Source of the DNA: Oligoflexales bacterium
GTDB lineage: Bacteria; Bdellovibrionota_B; Oligoflexia; Oligoflexales; Bog-1112
Length of the DNA: 64,000 nucleotides
Reading direction: 5' to 3'
Assembly: GCA_045105515.1 (NCBI GenBank)
Contig: JBGCDR010000040.1
Span: 25,664 to 89,663 of the forward strand
Position 1 is the first letter of the stretch. Every line of letters starts with the position of its first letter. Of this stretch, positions 1 to 10,264 are shown piece after piece. The translations under genes were made by a program, and so were the position numbers. Under the pieces are notes generated by a model. That model did not search any database, was not told the origin of the DNA, and saw only the letters and a list, made by a program, of their open reading frames with translations.

Positions 1-254
1 ACTAATCAAACTACATTAAAGTACTCATTGATCTATCAAATCAAAATGAGATATCTAGATTCGTTCTCCACCAACATGATGCTATTTTTTTACTATATAC
101 CGTCTGAGGTAGGAACATACTTTTGAAAAAATAATTTTCTTGTAACTTCTCAGGCAATGAGATTGATCGTTAGTCATTATATAAGGAAGATATTTTTTTT
201 ATAGAATTTGGAACCATCCGAATAAAAAAAAATGCAAATAGGTTTAGAATAGAA

Positions 255-1085
255 TTATTTGACCTTGAGATTTACCGGAATTTTTGTCCCATTCCTAGTT
301 AATTCAAAGGACATTTCCTTGGAGTTTTTCAATGAATGAAGCAGCTTTATAGTTGCCGTGACATCATCAAGTGAGATACCATTGATAGAGTTTACAATAT
401 CTCCGTTTTTAAGCCCAGATTTTGCATAAATACTGTTCTCATCAATTTGATCGATCATGAATCCAATAATTTTTCCATTCTTTATAACCGGTTCAGCACT
501 CGCTTGCATTAGTATCTTTGGTAGGTCTTCCCGGATAATTTTCTCTCTATATTCTTCAGACATTTCAATATCTGTTTTTTCGCGCTCAAAGCCTTCTTCA
601 CGGTAGGAATCAACAAATCCAAACTTTTGTTTCTTTGCTTTGCTCTTAGCTAATATTGCTCCAGAAAATCCATCTTTATAGACTTTAATATATTTTTTAT
701 TGGAACCGAGAGTTTCTACCACAATATAGTTGGCCTTTATATCGACAATCCTATATTGATTAAACAACTTAAACCCAACTCGATGTGCTTTTACGGAGCC
801 ATTAGTTTTGTTCTTTAGAAGGATAACATTGTCTGAACTTTGAGAAACAATCGATCCAATCATCAAAACTCCTATCTCTGATGCAAATTTAACTTCGCTG
901 GGCTCGATTTCTTCGTTTTTTGCTAATCCTCTTTGAAACAATAAAGACAAGAACAGGCTCAGACTCAATAGAACTAAGCAGGTTTTTAAAACGCCATTTT
1001 TTATCATAATTGCTTCCCGTAGCTTTACCAGATGGTTATCGGAAGCTTGGCGAAATCTTTTACAATAAAATTTGGCTATTCTCAT
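255..1085 (-). CDS. GspC-like (type II secretion protein C-like) protein with N-terminal membrane anchor and C-terminal PDZ domain
   Basis: Hydrophobic N-terminal segment, a beta-rich HR-like region (VLMIGSIV...VILLKNK), and a C-terminal PDZ (GFMIDQIDENSIYAKSGLKNGDIVNSING). The likely true start is ATG at 1007 (MIKNG). Confidence 0.7.
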   Translation of the reverse strand: MRIAKFYCKRFRQASDNHLVKLREAIMIKNGVLKTCLVLLSLSLFLSLLFQRGLAKNEEIEPSEVKFASEIGVLMIGSIVSQSSDNVILLKNKTNGSVKAHRVGFKLFNQYRIVDIKANYIVVETLGSNKKYIKVYKDGFSGAILAKSKAKKQKFGFVDSYREEGFEREKTDIEMSEEYREKIIREDLPKILMQASAEPVIKNGKIIGFMIDQIDENSIYAKSGLKNGDIVNSINGISLDDVTATIKLLHSLKNSKEMSFELTRNGTKIPVNLKVK

Positions 1086-1168
1086 TTGCGCTCGAGAGCG
1101 TCATTCTATTATATAAGTAGAGTCCTCTGGACTTGATTTTCATCAATAGTTTTCAAGGATAACGCTAT

Positions 1169-1861
1169 ATGGCAAGTATTACTCCCAAAGAAGTGAGAAA
1201 GGTACTGAACCGAAAGATATTTCAACTCAATGATATTATTGCAGATATTGACACCCTTCTTACAAAAATGGAAACAAACTATTACCGTGTAAGTATTTTT
1301 GGATCGGCACGTTTGCAGCCTGATACACCAGCATATAAGGAGGTATACGACCTGGCTTTTCAATTGGCCATGAGAGGCATTGATATAGTCACTGGTGGTG
1401 GCCCAGGCCTAATGGATGCGGCTAATAAGGGCGCTAAGGATGGAGGACAAAAAAGTCGGTCCATAGGCCTGCCTATTGAGCTGCCATTTGAATCAGATGC
1501 TAATTCTCATCTGGATGTAAAAAGGCAGCATAAACGCTTTTCATCTAGGCTTGACGAATTTATGCGAATTTCCCACGCGGTCGTTGTCACACCAGGAGGA
1601 ATCGGGACCATCTTGGAGCTCTTCTATACCTGGCAACTAATCCAAGTTGGGCACATTAAGCCAAGGCCTACCTTGTTGCTTGGTGGAGGAAAGATGTGGG
1701 ATGAACTAATCACATGGATCAATAACTGGCCTCTTAAAATGGATCTAATGTCACCAAATGACATGAATCATCTCACTATATGCAGCTCGATAGAACAAGT
1801 TATTAGCAAATTGGAACCCGAAGTTAAGCGCTTTCGCAAGGTCTCCTCCAAAAGCAAGTGA
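1169..1861 (+). CDS. LOG-family nucleotide phosphoribohydrolase
   Basis: Motifs SIFGSAR, TGGGPGLMDAAN and PGGIGTILE (PGGxGTxxE). Confidence 0.88.
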   Translation: MASITPKEVRKVLNRKIFQLNDIIADIDTLLTKMETNYYRVSIFGSARLQPDTPAYKEVYDLAFQLAMRGIDIVTGGGPGLMDAANKGAKDGGQKSRSIGLPIELPFESDANSHLDVKRQHKRFSSRLDEFMRISHAVVVTPGGIGTILELFYTWQLIQVGHIKPRPTLLLGGGKMWDELITWINNWPLKMDLMSPNDMNHLTICSSIEQVISKLEPEVKRFRKVSSKSK

Positions 1862-2188
1862 ATCCCACCTAAGTTCCCAGCAAGAGTCTTCTTGCTTCAC
1901 ATCTTTCGGGGAAATACTTGCTCTTCCCTTGAATGATCCGACCTCTTGAAGGTGGTTGAAACTAAGTCCATAATTGCTCAATCTGTATCTTATTCTAACT
2001 TTTTTATTTAGTCCCATTGCCGATAAATGCCTATTCTTCCAATTTAAATACCCTTCAGAGCTTTTGAAACCTTACTTTCGACAAAAATCCTGTGTTTTTA
2101 GATAGATATTAAGAGAATCTTTTATTATCCAGCATTTCGTGGTAAGTTCATACCATCTGAGAACCAAGCTATAATACCATGTGAACTT

Positions 2189-3241
2189 ATGAGCGAACAA
2201 AAGCAAAGCATAAATAGTTTTTTAAGCTCATTTTTGCTGCTGATAGTAGCTTTATTCACATCATATTCAATTTTGCTCATTTATCGTCCCGAAACTTCAG
2301 AATCCTTTAAATATTTGCCAGCAAAAAACTCAACTAGCAAAAAGTCTAACATACCTAATGACTTGGTCGATCACGAACGTATGCAGCACCTCAGTCAAGG
2401 TGACTTTGCTCAGGAAAGCAGTTGGCCCTCCTCAGTTTCTCAAGACGGAAAAGACAAGCAGACTAACACATCTAAAGAAGCTTCTTTGCAATCCAAAAGT
2501 CCTAGTTTCGATCCTACTGAAATAGAATCGTTGCTCTCAGATGCTATGAACCTAGTTGACCAAGGAAATCACCAAGCCGCAGCAAAAATACTGGAGAAAA
2601 TCCTTGAATTTGATCCAAGGAATGAGATGGCTCTGGTTGAAATGGGAATGATTCAGCTAATTGATCTCAAGTCTCCTCAAAATGCCATTTATTACCTTCA
2701 ATCAGCTTTAAGAGTTAATCCAAGCAATAGAGTTGTTTTATCAGAACTAGTTGGTATTTACGACGAGTTAGGACAATCGGGAACAGGGCTTAACTACCTT
2801 CAACAGCTTTACGAGGAAACCTCTGAGAATACTGCGCTTGCATCAGGGATTGGCCAGGTATTGGCAGGTCAAGGCCGTCTCCAAGAAGCCTTACCATACT
2901 TGGAAAAATCCGCCGAAGATAGTCAATCTGGAGTTGCATTAACCGACTTAGCTGATGCCTACTCCCAGACAGGAAATAAAGAAAAGTCACTTGAAACCTA
3001 TCAAAAAGTTATCGATCTTGAACGGGAGCGGGTGGAATCTGGTTATTATACGAACGACCCAAAAGGCGGTAAGGACAACTTGGCCATGGCTTATATGGAT
3101 AAAATTGCAGAACTCATCCAACAAAATAAGCACTCCGAGGCTGAAGATCTCGTGGAAAATAAAGTAAAAAACCTCTATGGAGGCGACCTAAGAGATATCG
3201 CCAAACTATTTGAAAAAAACCGCTCTTTATCAAAGCGTTAA
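2189..3241 (+). CDS. Membrane-anchored TPR protein
   Basis: N-terminal TM helix and Ser-rich linker, then several TPR-like helical pairs (AAAKILEKILEFDPRN, AIYYLQSALRVNPSN, EALPYLEKS). Confidence 0.8.
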   Translation: MSEQKQSINSFLSSFLLLIVALFTSYSILLIYRPETSESFKYLPAKNSTSKKSNIPNDLVDHERMQHLSQGDFAQESSWPSSVSQDGKDKQTNTSKEASLQSKSPSFDPTEIESLLSDAMNLVDQGNHQAAAKILEKILEFDPRNEMALVEMGMIQLIDLKSPQNAIYYLQSALRVNPSNRVVLSELVGIYDELGQSGTGLNYLQQLYEETSENTALASGIGQVLAGQGRLQEALPYLEKSAEDSQSGVALTDLADAYSQTGNKEKSLETYQKVIDLERERVESGYYTNDPKGGKDNLAMAYMDKIAELIQQNKHSEAEDLVENKVKNLYGGDLRDIAKLFEKNRSLSKR

Positions 3242-3393
3242 GCAAGCTTTGTGTACCTCTATACTGAAGACTTTTCTTCTCCTATCCTTTAAACAAAAGA
3301 TGTTATATAAGCATTCATTTGCATGCTTATATAGCCGTTATGGTTTCGACAAATTAATAGTCCAATATCTTTGAATTTATAGCTGAGATCAAC

Positions 3394-6063
3394 ATGAGCA
3401 CATCGAAGACAACAACTTTTGGCATCCCTTACAAGACTTGTAACGAAATTAGAACTGACTTTATTAAATTTTTTGAGCAAAAAGCACATAAATTTATCCC
3501 CTCCTCAAATATTGCTCCTTTAGATGACCCCACCCTACTATTTACCAATGCGGGAATGAATCAGTTCAAGACACTGTTTTTGGGCGATAATCGTGATGGA
3601 TTAAAAAGAGCTGTGAACACCCAGAAGTGTTTGCGAGTGTCTGGAAAGCATAATGACCTGGATGAAGTAGGTAGAGATGGGACTCATCACACTTTTTTTG
3701 AAATGTTAGGCAATTGGTCTTTTGGAGATTATTATAAAAAAGAAGCTATTACCTGGGCATGGGAGCTTTTAACAAAAGTATGGAAGCTACCAAAAGAACG
3801 GCTATTCGCTACAATTTATCTCGATGACGACGAGGCTCATCAGATCTGGAAATCAGAAACTGATATAGATCCAAGAAACATCTTACGCTTTGATAAAGAT
3901 AATTTTTGGGAAATGGGTACCATTGGACCTTGTGGCCCATGCTCTGAAATTCACTTCGATATGGGTGACCTGAAAACGCAGGCCCAAACATTCAATGATC
4001 CTAAAGAAGGGGTCAATGGTGAAAACCAAAGATACATCGAAATTTGGAACCTCGTTTTCATGCAGTTTGAGAGATTAAAGGACTCCTCCCTGCAGGCTTT
4101 AAAGGAAACTCATGTTGACACCGGTTCAGGCTTTGAGCGTATTTGCTCTGTAATCCAGGGAAAAACATCAAACTATGAAACAGATGTTTTTGCACCCATT
4201 ATTGAAGAAATTGTAGAAAAATCAGGAACACCTTACAGTCCAGAAGAAAGTGGTGTTGCACATAGGGTCATTGCTGATCATCTTAGGGCTTTGACTTTTA
4301 CGATCGCAGATGGAGTCACTCCAGGCAATGAGGGTCGTGGATACGTCATGCGTCGTATTCTAAGAAGAGCTAGCCGCTTCGCTCATAGCCTAGGACACAC
4401 CAAACCATTTATCTATACCTTAGTTCCAACTTTAATAGCACATATGGCAGAAGCATTTCCAGAGCTAAAAGCAAGACAAGACTATGTAGCTAGAGTGATC
4501 GAATCTGAGGAAGCACGATTTTTAAAAACTTTAGACAAAGGCCTTGCTCGGATGGACAAGCTACTTTCTGAGCTTAAGAAAAAGAAGAAAAGAATCATTC
4601 CCGGGAAAGATGCATTTCTTTTCCACGACACTTATGGCTTTCCTTTTGACTTAACTTCAGTGATTGCAGAGGAAAACGGTTTTGAAGTCGACCGTGAAGC
4701 TTACCTGGCATGTATGGAAGAGCAAAAAGAACGAGCGAGGAAATCGGCAAAATTTGATGATAGTTTTGGAAGTGATGAAGGTTGGGTTATTTATCAACAA
4801 TCAAAAGAAACTAAATTCGTAGGCTACGAAAGTTTGCAAAGCGAATCAAAGACCCTTCGTTACAGAGAAGATGGTGACTCTCTCTATATTCTTCTAGAAA
4901 CTTCTCCTTTTTATGCAGAAGCTGGAGGACAAGTTGGAGATATAGGTATTCTCGAAAACTCAGAACTATCCATTCGCATAGAGGACACGTTCAAAGTCCT
5001 AGACTATCATGTTCACAAAGGTAGCCTCATAAAAGGACTCATTTCTGAAGCCAGTATGAAACAATTTAATGCCAAAGTTGACGAGAGTGCTAGAGAAAAA
5101 ACAAAGAGAAACCACACAGCGACCCACATCCTCCATTCAGCTCTACGCATGGTTTTAGGTAAACATGTGGAGCAGCAAGGCTCACATGTGGGGCCCTCTC
5201 GTCTTAGATTTGATTTTACGCACCATAGCTCCCTCAGCAAAGAGCAGCTTGAAGAAGTGGAAGACTGGGTTAATGAAAGGTTGCAAGAAAATGCAGCTGT
5301 CACCACTCAGATCATGCCTATCAAGGAAGCTAAGAATAAAGGTGCTATGGCTCTGTTTGGTGAAAAATATGGCGAAAATGTTAGAGTTTTAAGTATGGGA
5401 GAGTTTAGCATCGAGCTCTGTGGAGGCACTCATGCTAAAGCCACTGGAGATATTGGCTTACTAAGTATTACCAGCGAATCATCCATTGCTGCAGGGGTTA
5501 GGAGAATAGAAGCCATAACAGGAGCCACTGCCTTGGAGCAGTGCAAACGTGAAAAAGCCATCATTTCTAAATTAAGTAAAGAATTAAAAGCAAAGCCAGA
5601 AACCTTGACCGAGCGAGTGTTAAACATGAACACTAAGCTTAAAGTTTTGGAAAAAGAATTAGCAGGTTTCAAAGCAAAAGAATCACGTAAAAATATCGAT
5701 GATTTTATTAGTAAACACTCGGAGCAGATTGGTGAATTTACCAGTATTGTTGGTAAATTAGACAGCAAGATATTTCCAAAAGAGGGACTTCAGGAATTAA
5801 CTGACTCACTGGCAGAACGCTTCAAAACACAGCTTGCTATCCTTAGCCATGTGGATGAAGGTCAATTAGCCATTATTGCAGTAGTTGGTAAGGAAATTTT
5901 GCCACGTGTCAAAGCAGGAGAACTCGTCAAAGAGCTGAGCCAAGTTGCAGGTGGTAGAGGTGGAGGGAGACCAGATAAAGCCCGAGCTGGATCAAAGTTT
6001 CCTGAAAAAGAAAACGACGTGCTTCAGACTGCTAAAAAGCTATTGAAGAAACAATTGGCGTAA
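3394..6063 (+). CDS. alaS: Alanine--tRNA ligase
   Basis: Motifs LLFTNAGMNQFK, HHTFFEMLGNWSFGDY, DTGSGFER, editing-domain HTATH and ELCGGTH, and C-terminal GGRGGG. Confidence 0.99.
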   Translation: MSTSKTTTFGIPYKTCNEIRTDFIKFFEQKAHKFIPSSNIAPLDDPTLLFTNAGMNQFKTLFLGDNRDGLKRAVNTQKCLRVSGKHNDLDEVGRDGTHHTFFEMLGNWSFGDYYKKEAITWAWELLTKVWKLPKERLFATIYLDDDEAHQIWKSETDIDPRNILRFDKDNFWEMGTIGPCGPCSEIHFDMGDLKTQAQTFNDPKEGVNGENQRYIEIWNLVFMQFERLKDSSLQALKETHVDTGSGFERICSVIQGKTSNYETDVFAPIIEEIVEKSGTPYSPEESGVAHRVIADHLRALTFTIADGVTPGNEGRGYVMRRILRRASRFAHSLGHTKPFIYTLVPTLIAHMAEAFPELKARQDYVARVIESEEARFLKTLDKGLARMDKLLSELKKKKKRIIPGKDAFLFHDTYGFPFDLTSVIAEENGFEVDREAYLACMEEQKERARKSAKFDDSFGSDEGWVIYQQSKETKFVGYESLQSESKTLRYREDGDSLYILLETSPFYAEAGGQVGDIGILENSELSIRIEDTFKVLDYHVHKGSLIKGLISEASMKQFNAKVDESAREKTKRNHTATHILHSALRMVLGKHVEQQGSHVGPSRLRFDFTHHSSLSKEQLEEVEDWVNERLQENAAVTTQIMPIKEAKNKGAMALFGEKYGENVRVLSMGEFSIELCGGTHAKATGDIGLLSITSESSIAAGVRRIEAITGATALEQCKREKAIISKLSKELKAKPETLTERVLNMNTKLKVLEKELAGFKAKESRKNIDDFISKHSEQIGEFTSIVGKLDSKIFPKEGLQELTDSLAERFKTQLAILSHVDEGQLAIIAVVGKEILPRVKAGELVKELSQVAGGRGGGRPDKARAGSKFPEKENDVLQTAKKLLKKQLA

Positions 6064-6076
6064 ATCTGATTTAATT

Positions 6077-7849
6077 TCAATATAATTCTTCAATAACATT
6101 TTCATATTTCTTAAGGACCACATTACGCTTGACCTTCATGGTTGGGGTCAACTCTCCAGAGGCCTCAGAAAAATTTGTATCCAAAATTTTGAATTGCTTT
6201 ACAGTTTGAACACGGGCAAATCCTGCATTTATGCGGTCAAATTCTTTTTTTAGATATTCATTGAATAGCGGGCATTGTGCTATTTGAACCGGATCTTTTG
6301 CTTGACTACCAATCTCTACAGAAAAACTACTGGCAGTCGCTCTGTCTAAGGTTACTAACATGCTCAAATATTTTTTCCGATCTCCAATAACTACCGCATG
6401 CTCAACCAGAGGTATGGAGACAAATCTACTTTCAATCATCTCGGTTGATATATTTTCTCCACCAGCAGTAATAATTAGGTTTTTCTTTCTTCCATTGATC
6501 GTCAAAAAACCCTCGTGATCTATAGACCCAAGATCACCACTATGCAACCAGCCTTCACCATCAAGAGTCTCTTTCGTCGCTTCAGAATTGTTTAAATAGC
6601 CCATGAAAATATGCTTACCTCTGACCAAAATTTCCTTATCTTCCGCTATTTTGATCTCTGTATCTTGAATGGGAAGTCCTGCTTTTCCAATACGGAATTT
6701 ACCATCAGGCAATGAAATTGTAGCTGGGCCTGAACATTCACTCATTCCATAGATTTCATAAATGGGTATATCAAGGCTAAAAAAGAAATTAAGCGTTTCT
6801 TGAGAAATAGGAGCAGCTGCCGTTATTTGGAAGCGACAGCGGTCAAGCCCAAGTGCTTCTCTCACCTTTTTATAAACTATTTTTTTTGCAATTTTGTATT
6901 GAAGGCCAGGTACTTGTTGATATTGGCTACCTTTTGCCTGTTCAAGTCCTACATTTTTCGCCCAGGTAGCAATCTTTTTCTTAAGCGGACTTGCTTCTGC
7001 CCCTTTTTCAACCATCTTAGCTTGGATTTTTTCCCAAACTCTAGGAACTCCCAAAAAGACCGTAGGCCTGACTTCTTTAAGATTATCAGGAAGCTTCTCA
7101 ATGCTTTCTGCAAAACTGACTTGGCATGCTACCACTAGGGGGCCATGAATAGTTACCATCTGTTCTGCTATGTGGCTTAATGGCAAATAAGAAATAAACA
7201 CATCAGTCGAACTCAATTTTAAATGGTTTTGAATCACATTGGCAGCGGTCCAACATAAATTTATATGCGATAACATCACTGCTTTAGGATTAGCGGTCGT
7301 TCCTGAAGTATAAACTAGAGTAGCTAAATCTTCTGCAGTCTGATTTGCTATGCGCTCTTCAAGTTTTTTCTTATTGAGATTCCTACCTTTCTCCAAGAAA
7401 TCACTCCAAGTGTGGACCATAGGGTCATCAGAAGTACCATCAAATAAAACAATTCCCTTTAACTCAGTTAAGAGATCTTTGATCCCAAGAATCTTATCCA
7501 GCTGGGATTGGTCTTCTAGAAAAATAAACTTTGCTTTGCAATGATTTAAAATGTACTCACACTGACTTGCCGAACTCGTTGGGTAAATGCCTGCCGGAAC
7601 ACCCCCTGCCATAATGCTGGCCAAATCAGCAATGATCCACTCAGGTCGGTTTAAACTGAGGATCGTTGTTGCATCCGAAGGTTCAAGCCCATGCTCAAGT
7701 AAAGATGCAGCTACTGCCTGAACTTCATCCCAATACTCTGACCAAGTCCGAGATTCCCATTCGCCATTATTTTTGAAGGAGTAGGCTATATAATTAGGGT
7801 ATTTACTTACTGTTTTCTGGAATACGCTATTGACTGTTTCTGACATCAT
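6077..7849 (-). CDS. Long-chain fatty acid--CoA ligase (AMP-binding family)
   Basis: Motifs YTSGTTANPKAVMLSH, SYLPLSHIAEQ, YGMSEC, GWLHSGDLG and ELTPTMKVKR. Confidence 0.93.
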   Translation of the reverse strand: MMSETVNSVFQKTVSKYPNYIAYSFKNNGEWESRTWSEYWDEVQAVAASLLEHGLEPSDATTILSLNRPEWIIADLASIMAGGVPAGIYPTSSASQCEYILNHCKAKFIFLEDQSQLDKILGIKDLLTELKGIVLFDGTSDDPMVHTWSDFLEKGRNLNKKKLEERIANQTAEDLATLVYTSGTTANPKAVMLSHINLCWTAANVIQNHLKLSSTDVFISYLPLSHIAEQMVTIHGPLVVACQVSFAESIEKLPDNLKEVRPTVFLGVPRVWEKIQAKMVEKGAEASPLKKKIATWAKNVGLEQAKGSQYQQVPGLQYKIAKKIVYKKVREALGLDRCRFQITAAAPISQETLNFFFSLDIPIYEIYGMSECSGPATISLPDGKFRIGKAGLPIQDTEIKIAEDKEILVRGKHIFMGYLNNSEATKETLDGEGWLHSGDLGSIDHEGFLTINGRKKNLIITAGGENISTEMIESRFVSIPLVEHAVVIGDRKKYLSMLVTLDRATASSFSVEIGSQAKDPVQIAQCPLFNEYLKKEFDRINAGFARVQTVKQFKILDTNFSEASGELTPTMKVKRNVVLKKYENVIEELY

Positions 7850-8325
7850 CTACCTCTATATGTTACCTTCTATTTCATAATTTTCTAATAATACCGATAT
7901 ATCCTATATTATCAATTAATTATAATGGGGTTTATGTTCGTGTAGTTACGCCCAAGTGCGTTCAATTTTAACCATAAAACACCCAAAAAGAGTTCAAACA
8001 CCGCGCTAAGTTTCAGGCTTCCATTTCCAAAAATTTTCTTAGCTTATTTGAACATGGCAAAAATTAGATTAAAAATTCTTGTGAAAGCCCTCCAACTTAT
8101 GAGAATAGTTCTTGCTACGAAGTCAAACCCGAGCCTAACTAAAAAATTTATAAATTTATTGATTGAATAAGAATCACATCGGCACCAGAGCCAATATAAT
8201 TAGTCAGTAATTTAAACTATTAGCTATCTAAAAATATTGATGTTTAAACTTTGATTTTAAGATTTATCAACTAAATTCCGATAAGATAAATTGTGACTTA
8301 CAAATGATTATAAACAAAAACATCC

Positions 8326-9792
8326 ATGAAATTTATGAATTACTATCTACTGATATTAAATATAATGTTATCTGTTAGTTGTGCCGGATCTTCATCCAGC
8401 TCCCGGAGTCGATCAAGTGGAGAACAGGTTAGAATTGATTCTTTAAATGGTACCGCTGTTCAAACCCGGGACGAACTGATTAAAGAACTTTTGAACCGAG
8501 AGTCTGAGTTAAATTATGGAAATTTTGAGCTAGCTAAGCTGGAACCAATCAACCAGGCTATGTGTGAAAAAACTAACCAAATTAATAAAGAGTGCCTACC
8601 ATTAAAAGCAATCACATCTAATGCAATGGTGCGATTAGTGAACTGTGATGGCAATTCTGTCGAACAAGCTTCAAACAGCAAAATTGAGGTGGATATTTAC
8701 ATAGCAGGTTCTGGAAATTTCAAGTTAGCCTTCCATAGTGCTAACTCAGTCTACGAAAGTATTGCATTGAAAACAGGAACGCAGGATCTAAAATTCTCTA
8801 ACCTCGTGGATGATCAAGTACTGACACCAAGCTTTGCTGATATTCAAAGGATGCGCTTTATAGTTGACTCTTTAAGCGCTGACAATGGCGAGACAGCAAC
8901 TGCAACTATAGACATAATTGTAGATGGCCAATCTATTTTGAAGGATACCATTCCTGAAATAGTAGTTGGTGAAAGCTATGAAATGAACGTGAAAGATTTA
9001 TACCAACAATTAATTTCACCTGCCTGCCATCTTTCTAATGAGAGCTTAGAGGAATTACTTGCACCTTTTAAGAGTTCTTCAGAAGGTTCAGTTGAAAATG
9101 CACCATCAGGAATTAGAAGCGCTGAACAAAATAACTACCAAAATGAAAGCACAGCTAATATCCAGCAGAAGATTTCTTTAGTGGAAGATACATTAGCAGA
9201 ATTAAAACCAAAACTAAGGCTGGCTCGCGACCGTAATACCAACTTGAGGCAGACAATAATGGGTGGAACAGGTGTGGGTTGTCGCCTAAAGCAGAAAATT
9301 GAATCACTATCTATATCCATTGATGGAAGTCCAATTATTGACCATGTTGACAGTAAGCGTGATGACAAAGTTGAAGGATCTGGAAATGCAAAAGAATTAG
9401 AAATTGATCTTGGTGGAGTAAGCTTTTCGTCCACTACTGTTTTAGGATCTACTTTTGTCCCTGATGAGGATTTAAGCTCACTGGATATTTCTAGCCTTAC
9501 CAGAGTATCTTTGCAAAAGGGCGGCACATCCTTTATCAATACATTGATAAAGTGTAAAGGAGGCTTTTTCGGTAGTCTTAAATTGGACAATGATTGTTAT
9601 GAAGTTAAAGAAGAATCAGCCATGGAAATAAACAAAATTACGCTAGAAGTCAATGGTATTACGCTATTTGAAGAGGGAAACCTTGGATTAAAATTATACC
9701 GCGATCAAATGTCATGGAGTTTCGACAATATTCAATTGCACCCTCAATGGGGTGAAATGCTTCTACGCAATGACTGTGATGCTACAAATTGA
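8326..9792 (+). CDS. Uncharacterised lipoprotein with two beta-sandwich-like domains joined by a coiled coil
   Basis: 488-aa ORF with lipobox LSVS-C and Ser-rich tether. The two halves show weak internal similarity. Confidence 0.7.
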   Translation: MKFMNYYLLILNIMLSVSCAGSSSSSRSRSSGEQVRIDSLNGTAVQTRDELIKELLNRESELNYGNFELAKLEPINQAMCEKTNQINKECLPLKAITSNAMVRLVNCDGNSVEQASNSKIEVDIYIAGSGNFKLAFHSANSVYESIALKTGTQDLKFSNLVDDQVLTPSFADIQRMRFIVDSLSADNGETATATIDIIVDGQSILKDTIPEIVVGESYEMNVKDLYQQLISPACHLSNESLEELLAPFKSSSEGSVENAPSGIRSAEQNNYQNESTANIQQKISLVEDTLAELKPKLRLARDRNTNLRQTIMGGTGVGCRLKQKIESLSISIDGSPIIDHVDSKRDDKVEGSGNAKELEIDLGGVSFSSTTVLGSTFVPDEDLSSLDISSLTRVSLQKGGTSFINTLIKCKGGFFGSLKLDNDCYEVKEESAMEINKITLEVNGITLFEEGNLGLKLYRDQMSWSFDNIQLHPQWGEMLLRNDCDATN

Positions 9793-9967
9793 AGACTCCT
9801 CTCCCTAAAAGAAGAGCTTTTACGCTCACCTGGATAAATTCAAACATTAAACAGTACGTTTTCCTGACTTAGGGATTTAAGGCGGTACAAAGAGATTAAT
9901 TGACACCTTCCTAAATCTGGGTTTTAGTAGTATTGCTATCGAAAGGTCTTGGAGGAGGGTACAAAGA

Positions 9968-10264
9968 ATGTCTCCGTTTGAAGATCTAGATGATCCATCT
10001 AGTAGATACTTATGGCACTATCGCGATGAATACGGGAGCTTTTGCGAAAAGTATCAAGCTAAAGAGAAACACAAAAGACTAAAACAGTCTATTTTGGAAA
10101 ACCAAGAGACATATACTCTAGGTACTCCTAAAAGTCCAAGTATTTTTGAACAATTAACATTCAAGGCAAATCAATCTTCCATAAACAACATGACTGTTTT
10201 TAGAAAACTAAGGATCGGTATTAAGTATGTTTCTTGCTACCTGAACGCTTTGCTTCTACTTTAG
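9968..10264 (+). CDS. Small hypothetical protein
   Basis: 98-aa ORF with a very strong SD (GGAGGAGG, 9951-9958) before the ATG. Confidence 0.55.
   Translation: MSPFEDLDDPSSRYLWHYRDEYGSFCEKYQAKEKHKRLKQSILENQETYTLGTPKSPSIFEQLTFKANQSSINNMTVFRKLRIGIKYVSCYLNALLLL

Noticed and set aside
1751-2017. 88-aa minus-strand ORF between the LOG and TPR genes
   Set aside because: Overlaps the LOG gene, has no SD and no recognisable motif.
9135-9590. 151-aa antisense ORF (and similar shadow ORFs at 5013, 5430, 6800, 13799, 42005, 51151)
   Set aside because: Each lies fully inside a well-supported gene on the opposite strand and has antisense-like composition.
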